Source: Eledone cirrhosa
Lineage: Eukaryota
Reading direction: 5' to 3'
Assembly (NCBI GenBank): GCA_964016885.1
Contig: OZ024762.1
Location: 21,018,001 to 21,082,000 of the forward strand
DNA: 64,000 nucleotides
The position numbers were made by a program, and so were the translations under genes. The notes beneath the pieces were generated by a model. That model saw nothing but the letters and a program-made list of their open reading frames with translations. It had not been told where the DNA came from and did no database searches. The number at the start of each line of letters is the position of its first letter. Position 1 is the first letter of the stretch. Of the stretch, positions 13,128 to 24,741 are shown in pieces.

Positions 13128-13482
13128 TGCCTGATTGTGGATGTGGCCTGCCCATTCGACACGAGAGTGCAAGAGAAGGAGAGGGAGAAAATTAACCGAT
13201 ACCAGGACTTAAAGTGGGAGGTAAAAAGGATTTGGAACTGCCATGAAGTCAAAGTGATCCCGATTGTCATAGGCGCACTGGGGACTATCTCAAAAAGTTT
13301 CCAGGGATGGTTAAAGAAAATTGGCCCCTTCACACTTTTTGGAACGCTTCAAAAGGCATGCTTGCTGGGAACAGCAAGAACCCTCCGATACGTCCTGAAT
13401 ATCTGAGGCTGCAGGTAGTGGCTTGATATTCATTTCAACAAACTTTCCAGTTAACTAACATCAATGACTGAGACTCAAAGAG
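13128..13482 (+). mobile_element. 5'-truncated R4/Dong-clade non-LTR retrotransposon (REL endonuclease C-terminus plus 3' UTR) inserted in (AAT)n
   Basis: Uninterrupted frame CLIVDVACPFDTRVQEKEREKINRYQDLKWEVKRIWNCHEVKVIPIVIGALG...LQKACLLGTARTLRYVLNI*, with (AAT)n on both sides. Confidence 0.85.
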
Positions 13483-13701
13483 TAATAATAATAATAATAA
13501 TAAAAATAATCAGTTCATTGATAATGACACCTATACTATCTTGGTGTCTGTTTTGTGTTTATCATGAAATATATTTAGATGGGAGAGAGATAAATGATGT
13601 ATTTTAAATCCCAGTCAGCTGCACCTCACTACCAGTGTACCAGGCACACATGCTCACACACACATTCACATATAAGTGCAGTCTTCTCTTATTGTTAATT
13701 T

Positions 13702-13732
<31 letters not shown>

Positions 13733-13989
13733 ATGTGTGTCCGTGCATGTGCGTATGCATATATATATATATATACATACATACATACATACGCACATGC
13801 ACACATATAATGTTTGTTTTGATAAGATAAATCTGAACTATATTATTAAGCCAAAATTGATTTCTGCATTCATTTTTATAGAATTACATTTTTTTTCTTA
13901 TCTTTAATTTACAACTAAACACGGGAAAATGTTAATAGAATTTTCTGATGACTGTAATGTGATTGTTTACCCTGTTAATTTAGGCCAGT

Positions 13990-14293
13990 AATTCTCTTTG
14001 AAAGTTTCTCCAAAATAAAGATCTATAATGTTTTGTCCCTGTATTGTTCAAGACATTCGGAAAAACTGAGCTACTGACAACAGAATTTATGTCTTTGAAG
14101 GTCTCTCCGAAATAGCAATCTATAATGTTTAGTCCTCCAGCCTGTAGTGGTCGAGATATTTGGAGAAGCTGAGCCTCTGACAACAGAATTTGCCTTTGAA
14201 GGTCTCTCCAAAATAATGATCTATTGGTGTTAGTCTTCCAGCCTGTAGTGTTCAAGATATTTGGAGAAGCTGAGCCTCTGACAACAAAATTCA
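13990..14293. repeat. Three tandem ~100-bp units
   Basis: ctttgaa(a/g)g...ctgagc...ctgacaaca units start at ~13996, 14093 and 14194. Confidence 0.85.
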
Positions 14294-14873
14294 TTTCTTC
14301 GTTGGTGGCTCATTTTACAGAAACATCAGGTGATTCTTGTGGGGGGTATTTGGCTATTCTACTGCCTCAGCCTCGTTATCACTAATGCCAATGCCAAAGA
14401 TTTTTAGGGTTGCCACAAAAACATCTGCCATTTTTGTTTTCTTCCTTATTATTGGTTTTATATTGATATATTTCTTTTGTTTTTCATATTCATTATATAA
14501 ATTATATTAACAATGAAAATAAAAGCTATAGTAGAAAACCAGACAGTAGTAGAAAACCTATCTGAATCAATGTATACACATATATAATATGTGTGTGTGT
14601 GTGTGGGTGTATGTATATATGTGTGTGTATGTATATATATGTGTGTATATATATATATATATATGTGTGTGTGTATATGTATATATATATTAGGAAGAGT
14701 TGGGATCTGACGCCTGACTGCTTGCCGTTTCATCAGCTAGTTTCAGCCTGTTGAAACAGCAAGAGCTCAGCTGTCTAGCCCCAACTCTTTCTAATATAGT
14801 CATTCTCTATTATCCCAAGTATCTAGTACTCTATTGAGTAATGGTCTAACTAGTTTAAAACTGGTTCTATCCT

Positions 14874-14919
<46 letters not shown>

Positions 14920-15344
14920 TACACACACACACACACATATATTTATAAGTTTATCCTGGGTTCAATAGGGGGTAACCACAGTAAGTAAGGTACTCAATAC
15001 ATAGGAGAGTATAAATATTTAATATAGAAATGGCTTTTACAGGAATAGAACTTTCATTTGGGAGAAATCATCATGAAGCCCTGATGATTTTTCCCAAATG
15101 AAACAGTTCTAGTCCTGTAGAAGCCATTTCTATATTAAATATTTATATAATATATTTATGTGTGTGTATTGTAAATCCAGCTATATCATATGTAAAGTCT
15201 ATGTGTTCATTCTACAACTTACTATTATTCTACACGGACAGGTAACAAAGAGGGCCTGCCTCATACGGGGTTGGCAGACAATTGGTCCTCGCCAATGCTG
15301 TTGGTTGTGTCCAACCGACAGGCTGCCTGCCATTGCTTTAACAG

Positions 15345-15394
15345 CATCTCATGAAAACAACACCTCTCTAGATTTAGACTCAGCAGATGGAATG
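15345..15394 (+). CDS. STXBP5: Probable small tomosyn exon (xSHENNTSLDLDSADGM)
   Basis: tttaacag acceptor and ATG|gtaaga donor; ends in phase 0, matching the exon at 22179. DSADGM-EYSTALKVK loosely resembles vertebrate SSDG...CLKVK. Confidence 0.45.
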
Positions 15395-16143
15395 GTAAGA
15401 TGAAAGTGCACATTTAAATAAAATAAACGTTCAAACTAGAATCCTACCTTACAAACTACAATCCTACCTTACAATCCTACCAAAATATTTTGTTAAAAGC
15501 AATAAAAAATAATAATCTTTTCACATTAAGTAAAGCCAGTAATATTTGGTTTTGGTAGATTCCCTGTAGCATCAAAAATTCCACATAGTTCTAAAGCTAT
15601 TCCATTGTAAATCCAAACCATTTACCATTAGAACCATCGTAGTAAAGAATTCTAGCAATTTCGTTGTTATTTGATAATGATATTTTCAATGGTGTTTTAA
15701 ATGTCACATTTTTAACTCTGCTGCTAGTGAGAGTAGTCTTTGTGGTGGTAGTGGTAGTAGTAGTAATAGTAGTCTCACATTTGAAACTCTCTCTTTCTCT
15801 CTCTCTATCTATCTCTCTCTCTACACACACATATACATACAACTGCTTTAGTAAGAATCTTGAGAAACTGGGCTTTACAGAACCTGAAAGGGCATGGCTA
15901 GTTAGGAAGTTGCATGTGCAGTCCATTAATGGAACTGTAAAAATATGTAAAACATTTTAGAAATTTAGCATATGATAACCTCTTATACACATATAGACAT
16001 CAAACCATGAATATGGGTATGTATAACTCAAAACATACAGATCCACACATGCAATGACATCCATATCTGCACACACACACACACACAACTCACAACACAC
16101 ACACACATAATTACTTAGTTGATGTTGTCTAAATTCCAATTAC

Positions 16144-16351
16144 CACTTTAGCATTTAAACCGGCCATATCCGGCCAGAATTCTCTTACCTCTTTCTGTTC
16201 AAACTGGCTGTAACTGGCTGCTCATACTGATGTTAAGGTATTGTTCTCAAAATAAATAATATCAAAATCTCATAGATTTGATATTATGTGAGGTAAAGTG
16301 TTTACCATGAAAATATAATAGTAAATATAGAGTAGTGTAAATGTTAGTGGG
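16144..16351. mobile_element. piggyBac-type MITE (family P)
   Basis: Homologous to 33581-33783; ends ...ggg|ttaa. Confidence 0.7.
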
Positions 16352-16429
16352 TTAAAGAGGCTTTGTCTCCATGCTATAAACCAGTTCTCTTCAATTGGTG
16401 AGAATTTAATACAAAAAATTAAAACCAGA

Positions 16430-16479
<50 letters not shown>

Positions 16480-16753
16480 CGGTCACTACACAATAAAAAA
16501 AAGGATATCAGTTTTCTTAATATATATATTGAATGTGTTTAAAATTTCATACACTTAACATGTATGCATACATTTTTGAAGCAGTTCCTCCACTATACAG
16601 TACTAGCCATAACTGAACCCTGAAACCCAAGATCGCGCATATATTTTAAGTGCATGAAATTTTAAATATACTAAATAAACTCTCTTGCAATAGATTGAAC
16701 ATTATTTTCTTTGGTCTTTTTATCTACAGATATCCTGCATACACACACACACA

Positions 16754-16847
<94 letters not shown>

Positions 16848-16848
<1 letters not shown>

Positions 16849-17185
16849 AGGCACATGGCTTAGTGGTTAGAGCATTGGGCTGACAATCGAGAGGTTGTGA
16901 GTTCAATTCTCAGACTGGGTGATGTGTTGTTTCCTTGAGCAAGACACTTTATTTCACATTGCTCCAGTTTACTCAGCTGTAGAAATGAGATGATAGGGAC
17001 TGGGGTCCCTATCATTCCACTGTAAAGTGGTCGTGGAGGTGCCACAGCAAAAAAAGCACCCAGCACTCACTGTAAATGAGGTTGGTGCTAGGAAGGGCAT
17101 CCAGCTGTAGAAATCAAGCCAGAATCAGTTCCCGTCCCACCCTTGCAAGCAGGGAAAAGCGGACGTAAAATGAAATGATGATGAT
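16848..17185 (+). mobile_element. Full-length tRNA-derived SINE (family A)
   Basis: Near-identical to the 10431 copy; follows a long (CA)n. Confidence 0.92.
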
Positions 17186-17234
17186 ATATATATATATATA
17201 TGTGCTTAACTTACATTATTTTAAACTGAATTAT

Positions 17235-17432
17235 GGCGGTGGATTAAGGGCAGTGGATTGGCAGTATCGGTAGAGGATCGGACGCCATGCTTTGACGCAT
17301 AGTTACGGCCCTTGACATTCTGAGTTTAAATCCCGCCAAGGTTAACTTTACCTTTCATCCTTACGGGGTCGATAAAATAAAGTACCAGTAATGCACTGGG
17401 TAATTGCTGGCCTTGTGCCTAAAGTAGAAACA
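17235..17432 (+). mobile_element. CORE-type tRNA SINE (family B) with 20-bp TSD
   Basis: TSD attattttaaactgaattat at 17215-17234 and 17433-17452; contains cctttcatccttacggggtcgataaaataaagtacc. Confidence 0.9.
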
Positions 17433-17708
17433 ATTATTTTAAACTGAATTATATTTGAATTATGGTAATTTTCTTTTAGGGTAGTGGCTGGGTGTGGGTG
17501 GGGCTTGTTATTGTTTTTTGTTGTTGTTGTTTTTTCAGCTTTCTTATTCATCATCAAACATGTCTTACACTTACTATCTCCACAATTATTTCTTGTAGTT
17601 TCTGGCGTATATTATTGTCTTGTTTTATTATGAAAATACGACTACTTATACAGTGCTTCAAATGTCTGGTCCCATAGGAAATTTATTTAACATTTAAATG
17701 TATTTAAT

Positions 17709-18054
17709 GGAGGCACATGGCTTAGTGGTTAGAGCATTGGCCTTACAATCAAAAGGTTGTGAGTTCAATTCTCAGACTGGGTGATGTGTTGTTTCCTTGA
17801 GCAAGACACTTTATTTCACATTGCTCCAGTTTACTCAGCTGTAGAAATGAGATGATAGGAACTGGGGTCCCTATCATTCCACTGCAAAGTGGTCGTGGAG
17901 GTGCCACGGCAATAAAGCACCCAGCACTCACTGTAAATGAGGTTGGTGTTAGGAAGGTCATCCAGCTGTAGAAATCAAGCCAGAATCAGTTCCCGTCCCA
18001 CCCTTGCAAGCAGGGAAAAAGCGGACGTAAAATGGAATGATGATGATGATGATG
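17709..18054 (+). mobile_element. Full-length tRNA-derived SINE (family A) with 17-bp TSD
   Basis: TSD atttaaatgtatttaat at 17692-17708 and 18055-18071. Confidence 0.93.
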
Positions 18055-18164
18055 ATTTAAATGTATTTAATTTATATTTAAAATTTATTAATTTTTTTGT
18101 TAGTTTTTACATCTATACATCTTGAATATATATTGTAACACAAAACTAATTAATAAATGATAAC

Positions 18165-18372
18165 CCTTGTCCAAGTATCAACCGCTCTCTGATAGGTTTG
18201 TGGTAGAGCCTGTAGTAGTGGAGACTTCTGGCATTCTTGGCCCCCGGACTACATCCCTGCTCACTGCTATCAGAGCAGGCTGTCTGTAGGTGTGAACCCC
18301 ACAAGGTGGAGTAGCCCTTCCAGAACGTCTCTCACTGTCCTCTGGGGCTATGTCTTGTCCATTCTGTCAGCC
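18165..18372 (+). mobile_element. Second degenerate CRE/R2-type REL endonuclease remnant
   Basis: SKYQPLSDRFVVEPVVVETSGILGPRTTSLLTAIR, similar to 3730-3966. Confidence 0.55.
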
Positions 18373-19524
18373 AGGACCAAGATGTGAATAAGATATTAGA
18401 AAACATAATTTCTACCAGATGTAAATACGTATTTGTAAGTATATATATTTAATACACAGGACAAAGAAACCATTATTAAGCTGGAATTGTAACCAAACCA
18501 TATGAATCTGTCCTGGATTTATGATGCAAACAACATTGCTTGCTTAAAATGTTTTTTATTAAATAAAACCTTACATCCATTGCGAGATTGAGGACAAATG
18601 AGGGCCTGAGTCCTAGGTGTACTTAAGCACAGGCCCAGTAAAAAAAAATTGGGGGCAGGAAGATGGTTTTCCCCTGGGCAACAGGGCCCTGTGCCCTAAG
18701 CACAATGGGAAATCCTGCACTGCTTACATCATATTTTTATTTTAGAAATGTTTGTCAAGTAATGTTATAAATAACAGCTTACTAATGAGAAAGGTAGTTC
18801 TTTTATTAAATTCCTCTAAATTTTTGGTTATTTCTGAAATTAATTGGAACACATAATCAGAGTTTTTCATTAGAAATATATGGTAATGAAAAGGCTTAAA
18901 CCAAAACTATGTTAAATACATTTCCTATGGGGCCAGACGTTTGAAATACTTTGCGTATTTCCACCATTTTAAACTAATATAAAGCAAAAATAATTTCTTT
19001 CAATTATTTTTATGCTTTTATTTATCTAATATTTCGTTTAACATCTACTACCATCAGATTTAGTAAGATTTGGAAAAAAATATTATAATTTTACTTAAAC
19101 TACCCAACAAACTAATATTGATTTTTTTTTATTTTTTTTGATTTTTTTTTTTTATTGTTGCTGTTGTTATATTTTTTTTACATTCCTATTGCTTGATAAT
19201 ATATTGATTCCTTTTAAAACTTTATTGTTCACCTGAATTTTCATAATGGTTATGTAAAGTAATAATTTTAAATTTAACTTGTTCTTTTTTGTTTCCTGTT
19301 ATCTTAACTCTATAAGTATTAAATCTGTTTACTATGAAAAATATGTAATATTTGAGTGCATGATATATATATATATTTTCTTTTGAATATGACTTGCTAT
19401 ATTTATTTTTCAACTTTACTAAATATATTTATTGCGAATTTACCTTATCGTTGTGTAAACATTAAAAAAAATGTTGTTGCTTGCTGTTTGTTTGTCTGAA
19501 GCCATAATTCTTTAACCCAAAATA

Positions 19525-19667
19525 CAGAGTGCGGCAAAAGTAACGCTTTTTTTTTTTTTGTTTATTAACTTTTATTGAACGAAAATAAATTACAATAGTT
19601 AAAGAAAAAGTTTTGTCTCATCAGAACAAAATAAAAAAATAAAGAGCATTACTTTTGTCGCACCTTG
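19525..19667. mobile_element. Tc1/mariner-type MITE
   Basis: TA|cagagtgcggcaaaagtaacgc ... gcattacttttgtcgcaccttg|TA. Confidence 0.7.
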
Positions 19668-20439
19668 TATTGGCGCTGCCACAAGACCATACATATATAA
19701 ATTGAAAATGGTCTTCCTCTCATTTTTTTTATTGCAGATTTTGTTTTAAATTACATCTTTTTCTATTTTTTATTTATTATTATTATTTTTTATTTAAAAA
19801 AAAATGTCTGGATTCTATTTCATCCTTTTCAGCAATAAAAAAGTTTTTGTAACGTTAAAGGAAGAAGGGGAAAAAAAAGTTATTGTATAGAATTTTAAAA
19901 TTATTCAGTGAGAACACTGTCAATGAAACTTTCTACACTTAAAATCAATTTTATTGATAATAAATAATAAATAAGATATACTTTAAAGAAATATGTTAGT
20001 ATCAGGAATTGAAAATATTGTGTTTTTGTTAAAACTACTCAAACATCCCACTCCATCCAACCCATTCACTATGTGATATATTTTGGATTTTAAAAAAGTA
20101 GTAATCTAATATTGGTATTATGAAAGACGGGGGTTGTGTCTTAAAATGAATGTATACAAATAATATAGATGTTTTTTTAGTATTGGATGTTCTCCTTGGA
20201 ATGACATTGGTATTTATTTTCCACCTGGAATTCTGAGAGAAGAAAATAACTATTGTAAATTATGAAGGTACAAGTTGACCTAGCATACAATTCCAGCTTA
20301 AGATTTTTAACTGAAAATCTATGTTAAGCCTAAACTTAAGATATCTGTCAACCTCTAAACACATAAGCTATAGCTGTTCTTATTGATGCCTATCCTAGAT
20401 ATGTTCTAATGACTAGAATATACATAGTGGTAAAACATT

Positions 20440-21075
20440 CTCAGGAAAGCTGGACAGCAAAAGGTCTTCAGAGAAGAAACCACCCCTTAAGTGAGTGTTT
20501 CGGCCCTTAACTTCTTACACTCTAAGGGGGCTGGGCCACATCCAGGTCATGACTCCTGGGTGCCCTTCTGCTGACATTTAGCCATTCAGAAATCGGAGAC
20601 TTGCTGTGTAATTAAACCGTATGGAGATTTTGTTGACATGATCTAGCTGGAACTACTTTCCATTGTCTCTGCTTTCAAACTTATATTTAAACGCTTTCTT
20701 GAATTGGAAAATAACGTTGGTAATCATGGTAGCATTGAGATGTCAACATATTGTCACCAACACTACAAACTACGAGTGACTGAGAGTTACTTCCCTTAGC
20801 ATGCTTTAAAATAAAAACCTGATGCCTCTCATGTTGAATGGAGGTCGTTTTTGTTCCTCCTCAACCAGATCCAGCTGCAACGCCATTCTGCTGCCTCTGA
20901 TATTGTCTTTAGGGCTTTGGTCCTTGTTGTCCCAGAGACTGAAAGTTGTTTCATGAGATTGTAGGCAGATTTGCCCACAAATCCTCTGGCTCTTACTTCT
21001 ATGGCGAGAACTTTGACTCAGAAGTCGGGTTCCCTCAGGCTGTTGACCAAACTGGTGTATTTTTCAGTCTTGAAT
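20440..21075 (-). mobile_element. HERO-clade-like non-LTR retrotransposon 3' fragment (REL endonuclease end plus putative 3' UTR)
   Basis: 21071->20829 translates KTEKYTSLVNSLREPDF*VKVLAIEVRARGFVGKSAYNLMKQLSVSGTTRTKALKTISEAAEWRCSWIWLRRNKNDLHST*, showing the K..KY / EV..RGF / EAAE...W.W.RR pattern. Confidence 0.7.
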
Positions 21076-22178
21076 ACCAAGATCACCAGAAGTGATGGTT
21101 ACATGATAATATGGATCTGGTTGTTATTTGGATTTACAGCAACAATATTTTATATTTCTGCTTTATCACCTACATTTCTTTCTTCATTAACCCTTGAGCC
21201 AGTAAGTTACTCTCAAAATTGTAAGCCCTTGACAATTGGCTCATCTATACTCCTTCCTCTGTTCTGCCCTGCTTTTCACTATATCCTTTCAAAATCCTGG
21301 GACCTAAAAGACTACAGAAATTCTTCTGCCAACAAAATAGCAACTGTCAAAAATTTATTTCAGATTTTCATTTTCAGTTCTCAAAGATGTCTTTGTCTGG
21401 GAAGTGACTTAATCTATTAATTGCATTGAAACTAAAATAATTACTGCATGGAAGAATCATTTTAGCCATTTTAAAAACACAAAAACTGTTGACTTTACTC
21501 CATGTGTACTATTCGCCTCTTAGTGTCAACATTTTTGCTGCTCTCTCTGTAACCTTTGTTAGTGACAGATCGCAGACAATGCAGTGGAAATTTTGACACA
21601 AGGAAATAAATGATATATAAAAAGTGAACAATTTGTTTGTGTTTTTATAAATGGCTAAAATATCTCTTCCATGCAGTAATTGATTTTCAATTCTAAATTT
21701 AGAAAAAAAAATCAATAACGAAAACAACACAAAAATAAATAAATATCAAAATAGTAAAAGTGTAGTGATATTTGTTAATAGAAATATCTTACATAACTAT
21801 TTTATAATTTAAAAATTACTTTATCTGACATAGCTGCATTATGTGAAAAGTAAAGTGTATTACAAAAGCTTTTTAAACTTGTTTATTTTTACATCCAATC
21901 TCATTACAGTCACGAAAAATTTGCAGCAACTTCTGTGTGTGTGTATGCATGTGTGTGTGTGTGCGCATGTCTGTGCACATGCATTTGTGCATATGTGTGT
22001 GCGTGTGTATGTGAGTGTGTGTATTTTAAACTTTTAACATGATTTTAGAATCAAATTCAATTTTTTAAATGCTTGTTTTCAGAGTTCCTCAAATACGTTT
22101 ACAGTAATCATTTCTGTTAAACTTCTTGGTTTCAAATATCTGCACACAACAGTTTAACAACTTCTTTAAATGTTACAG

Positions 22179-22324
22179 GAATACAGCACAGCTTTAAAGG
22201 TTAAACCCTCCCAGCGGCGATGGAACCCAGGTTTCCAGCCTGACATAGTGTGTCTTTTGGCATGGATTGACAATGAGCATCCAGGGAATGTGACTAGTAT
22301 ATGTATCAATTCTTCCTATGGCCT
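22179..22324 (+). CDS. STXBP5: Tomosyn (syntaxin-binding protein 5) internal exon
   Basis: ttacag|...|gtgagt; EYSTALKVKPSQRRWNPGFQPDIVCLLAWIDNEHPGNVTSICINSSYGL matches tomosyn PGYQ.ELV....W...E.P..ITSLA.NSSYGL; phase 0 to 2. Confidence 0.93.
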
Positions 22325-22666
22325 GTGAGTTAAGTTTTTTCTTATGGTTTTCAAATGACTGTATGTAAAACTATATAAATATATAAATATACATTTCAAT
22401 CAGGTTTCATGTACAGTTTTGTGTCAAACAATTAACTCTTTGAGGCAGGGCTCCTGGGTCTGGCCTTGTCGTGACAAAGGGGCTTATGTGTTCCGTAAAT
22501 CAGAGAGACCATTACTGCCTCAAGTTTGCTCCTGGTAGGGCCAACCTAGGCAGGCTAGTCTCCCGGGGAGATTACAGACCAACGGTAACCTGCAGCACAT
22601 CAGCTGTAGCTGCAATATAACAGATACCAATCGAATTGTTTGAGGCATTCAGAAAGCACTCAATGT

Positions 22667-23366
22667 GATACTGTCAAAATCGGTTTTGCGTTCACCTGTC
22701 AGTCCACTTCTGAGTATTTAGCGCAAGTGCATTGAATTTGTGTTCGTCAAGTACAATTTAAAGAACTTTACAATTCAAATATAAATAATATATTCAATAT
22801 GTTTGTGTATATATAAGAATATGTAATTTTATATATATATACTCATTCTCCCAGCAAAGACTATGCTGGGAGAATGAATATATTCATTTCATCATTTCAT
22901 TTTACATCCGCTTTTTCCCTGCTTGCAAGGGTGGGACGGGAACTGATTCTGGCTAGATTTCTACAGCTGGATGCCCTTCCTAACACCAACCTCATTTACA
23001 GTGAGTGCTGGGTGCTTTTTTTCCGTGGTGTCTACACGTCCACTTTACAGTGAGTGCTGGGTGCTTTTTTTTGCCATGGCACCTCCACGACCACTTTGTA
23101 GTGGAATGATAGGCACCCCAGTCCCTATCATCTCATTTCTACAGCTGAGTAACCTGGAGCAATGTGAAATAAAGTGTCTTGCTCAAGGAAACAACACATC
23201 ACCCGGTCTGAGAATTGATGTGTTGTTTCTTATATATACACAAACATATTGAATATATTATTTATATTTGAATTGTAAAGTTCTTTAAAATGTACTTGAC
23301 GAACACAAATTCAATGCACTTGAAGTGAACTGACAGGTGGATGCAAAACCGATTTCGACAGTATCA
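22667..23366. repeat. ~150-bp inverted repeat enclosing a small hairpin and an inverted SINE
   Basis: 22667-22819 is the reverse complement of 23227-23366; hairpin cattctcccagca/tgctgggagaatg at 22844-22876. Confidence 0.85.
22885..23217 (-). mobile_element. tRNA-derived SINE (family A), 5'-truncated, with one extra ~42-bp unit
   Basis: Reverse complement of the 17709 copy, with a duplicated cagtgagtgctgggtgcttttt unit. Confidence 0.9.
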
Positions 23367-23725
23367 GTAGAGCCTCGGACAACATGCTTTGTGGCATTGA
23401 CTTACAGCTCCTTACTTTCTGAGTTCAAATCCCGCTTAGGTTAGCTTTGCCTTTTATCCTTATGGGGTCGATAAAATAAAGTACCAGTAATGCACTGGGG
23501 TCAATTTAATCGACTTTCTACCCCCCAAAATTGCTGGCCTTGTGCCTATAGTAGAAATCATTATTAAAGGTCACATCTGAAAGAGCTGCTCATATTTAGG
23601 TCCACGAAACCACTTGGTAATGCAAAAATTAGTCAAACATTTAATAGAAAAATATTCTCAGCTTCGACAATTCCATAAAATATGTTTATTGCTTTTCTGT
23701 AATGTTTGTACACATACACGTATAA

Positions 23726-23781
<56 letters not shown>

Positions 23782-23811
23782 TACATATATGTGTCTTTTT
23801 ATTATTTTCAG

Positions 23812-23900
23812 AATGGCATTTGGCAATGAATCTGGTCTAGCTGTAGTGGACATAATCCAGAAAATTTGTTTGCTTAATATTGGGACACCTGATTTGTATG
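23812..23900 (+). CDS. STXBP5: Tomosyn internal exon
   Basis: ttttcag|...|gtgaat; MAFGNESGLAVVDIIQKICLLNIGTPDLY(G) matches tomosyn FGN..G.A.VD..QK..LLN.GT..LYG; phase 2 to 1. Confidence 0.93.
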
Positions 23901-23934
23901 GTGAATATTATCTCTACATTACTTTATCACCAAT

Positions 23935-23971
<37 letters not shown>

Positions 23972-24209
23972 CAAAGGAGTTGTGGTAAGGAACCAAATGG
24001 ACCCTAACACACCAGAGTACTCAATACTTAGGGTAGTAGAGTGGGTAATAGGAAAATGTATGACCCCGACGACAGAGATCAAGCATTTTCATATATATAT
24101 ATAGGAAAAGAGTTGTCCTAACTCTTTTCCTATTATCCACTTTACTACCCTAAGTATTGAGTACTCTGGTGCATTATGGTCCATCTGATATCTTACCACA
24201 CCCTCTTTG

Positions 24210-24243
<34 letters not shown>

Positions 24244-24416
24244 ATGATATTAATAAATGGAAACTATATTTATAAAACCATATATATCATCATCATCATC
24301 ATCATTACTTTTCTATCCTAGCATGGGTTAACTGAGTGGTCTTGTTGTGAGACAAGCTAGAGCAGATGACCATGTCTTACTCATAAAGAACTGTGCTAGG
24401 GTGACAAATAAAATTC

Positions 24417-24453
<37 letters not shown>

Positions 24454-24483
24454 AGATCAAAAGATGGTTAAAAGAGTTCCAAG

Positions 24484-24554
24484 TATTTTATTATGCGCAT
24501 TTCAAAAACAAATATCATCATGAGATGATATCTGCGTTTTCATCAGATAAAATA
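24484..24554 (-). ncRNA. Minimal type I hammerhead ribozyme motif (H2)
   Basis: Reverse complement of 24671-24741. Confidence 0.85.
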
Positions 24555-24670
24555 GGGATACATGATATGAAGGTTAAAAAAACACTTGTGAATAGTGAAG
24601 TTTTAAATCAACATATTTAAATCAACTTCACTATTCACAAGTGTTTTTTAACCTTCATATCATGCATCCC

Positions 24671-24741
24671 TATTTTATCTGATGAAAACGCAGATATCAT
24701 CTCATGATGATATTTGTTTTTGAAATGCGCATAATAAAATA
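24671..24741 (+). ncRNA. Minimal type I hammerhead ribozyme motif (H2)
   Basis: tattttat-CTGATGA-aaacgcagatatcatc/tcat/gatgatatttgttttt-GAAA-t-gcgc-a-TA-ataaaata; 15 of 16 stem II positions pair. Confidence 0.88.
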
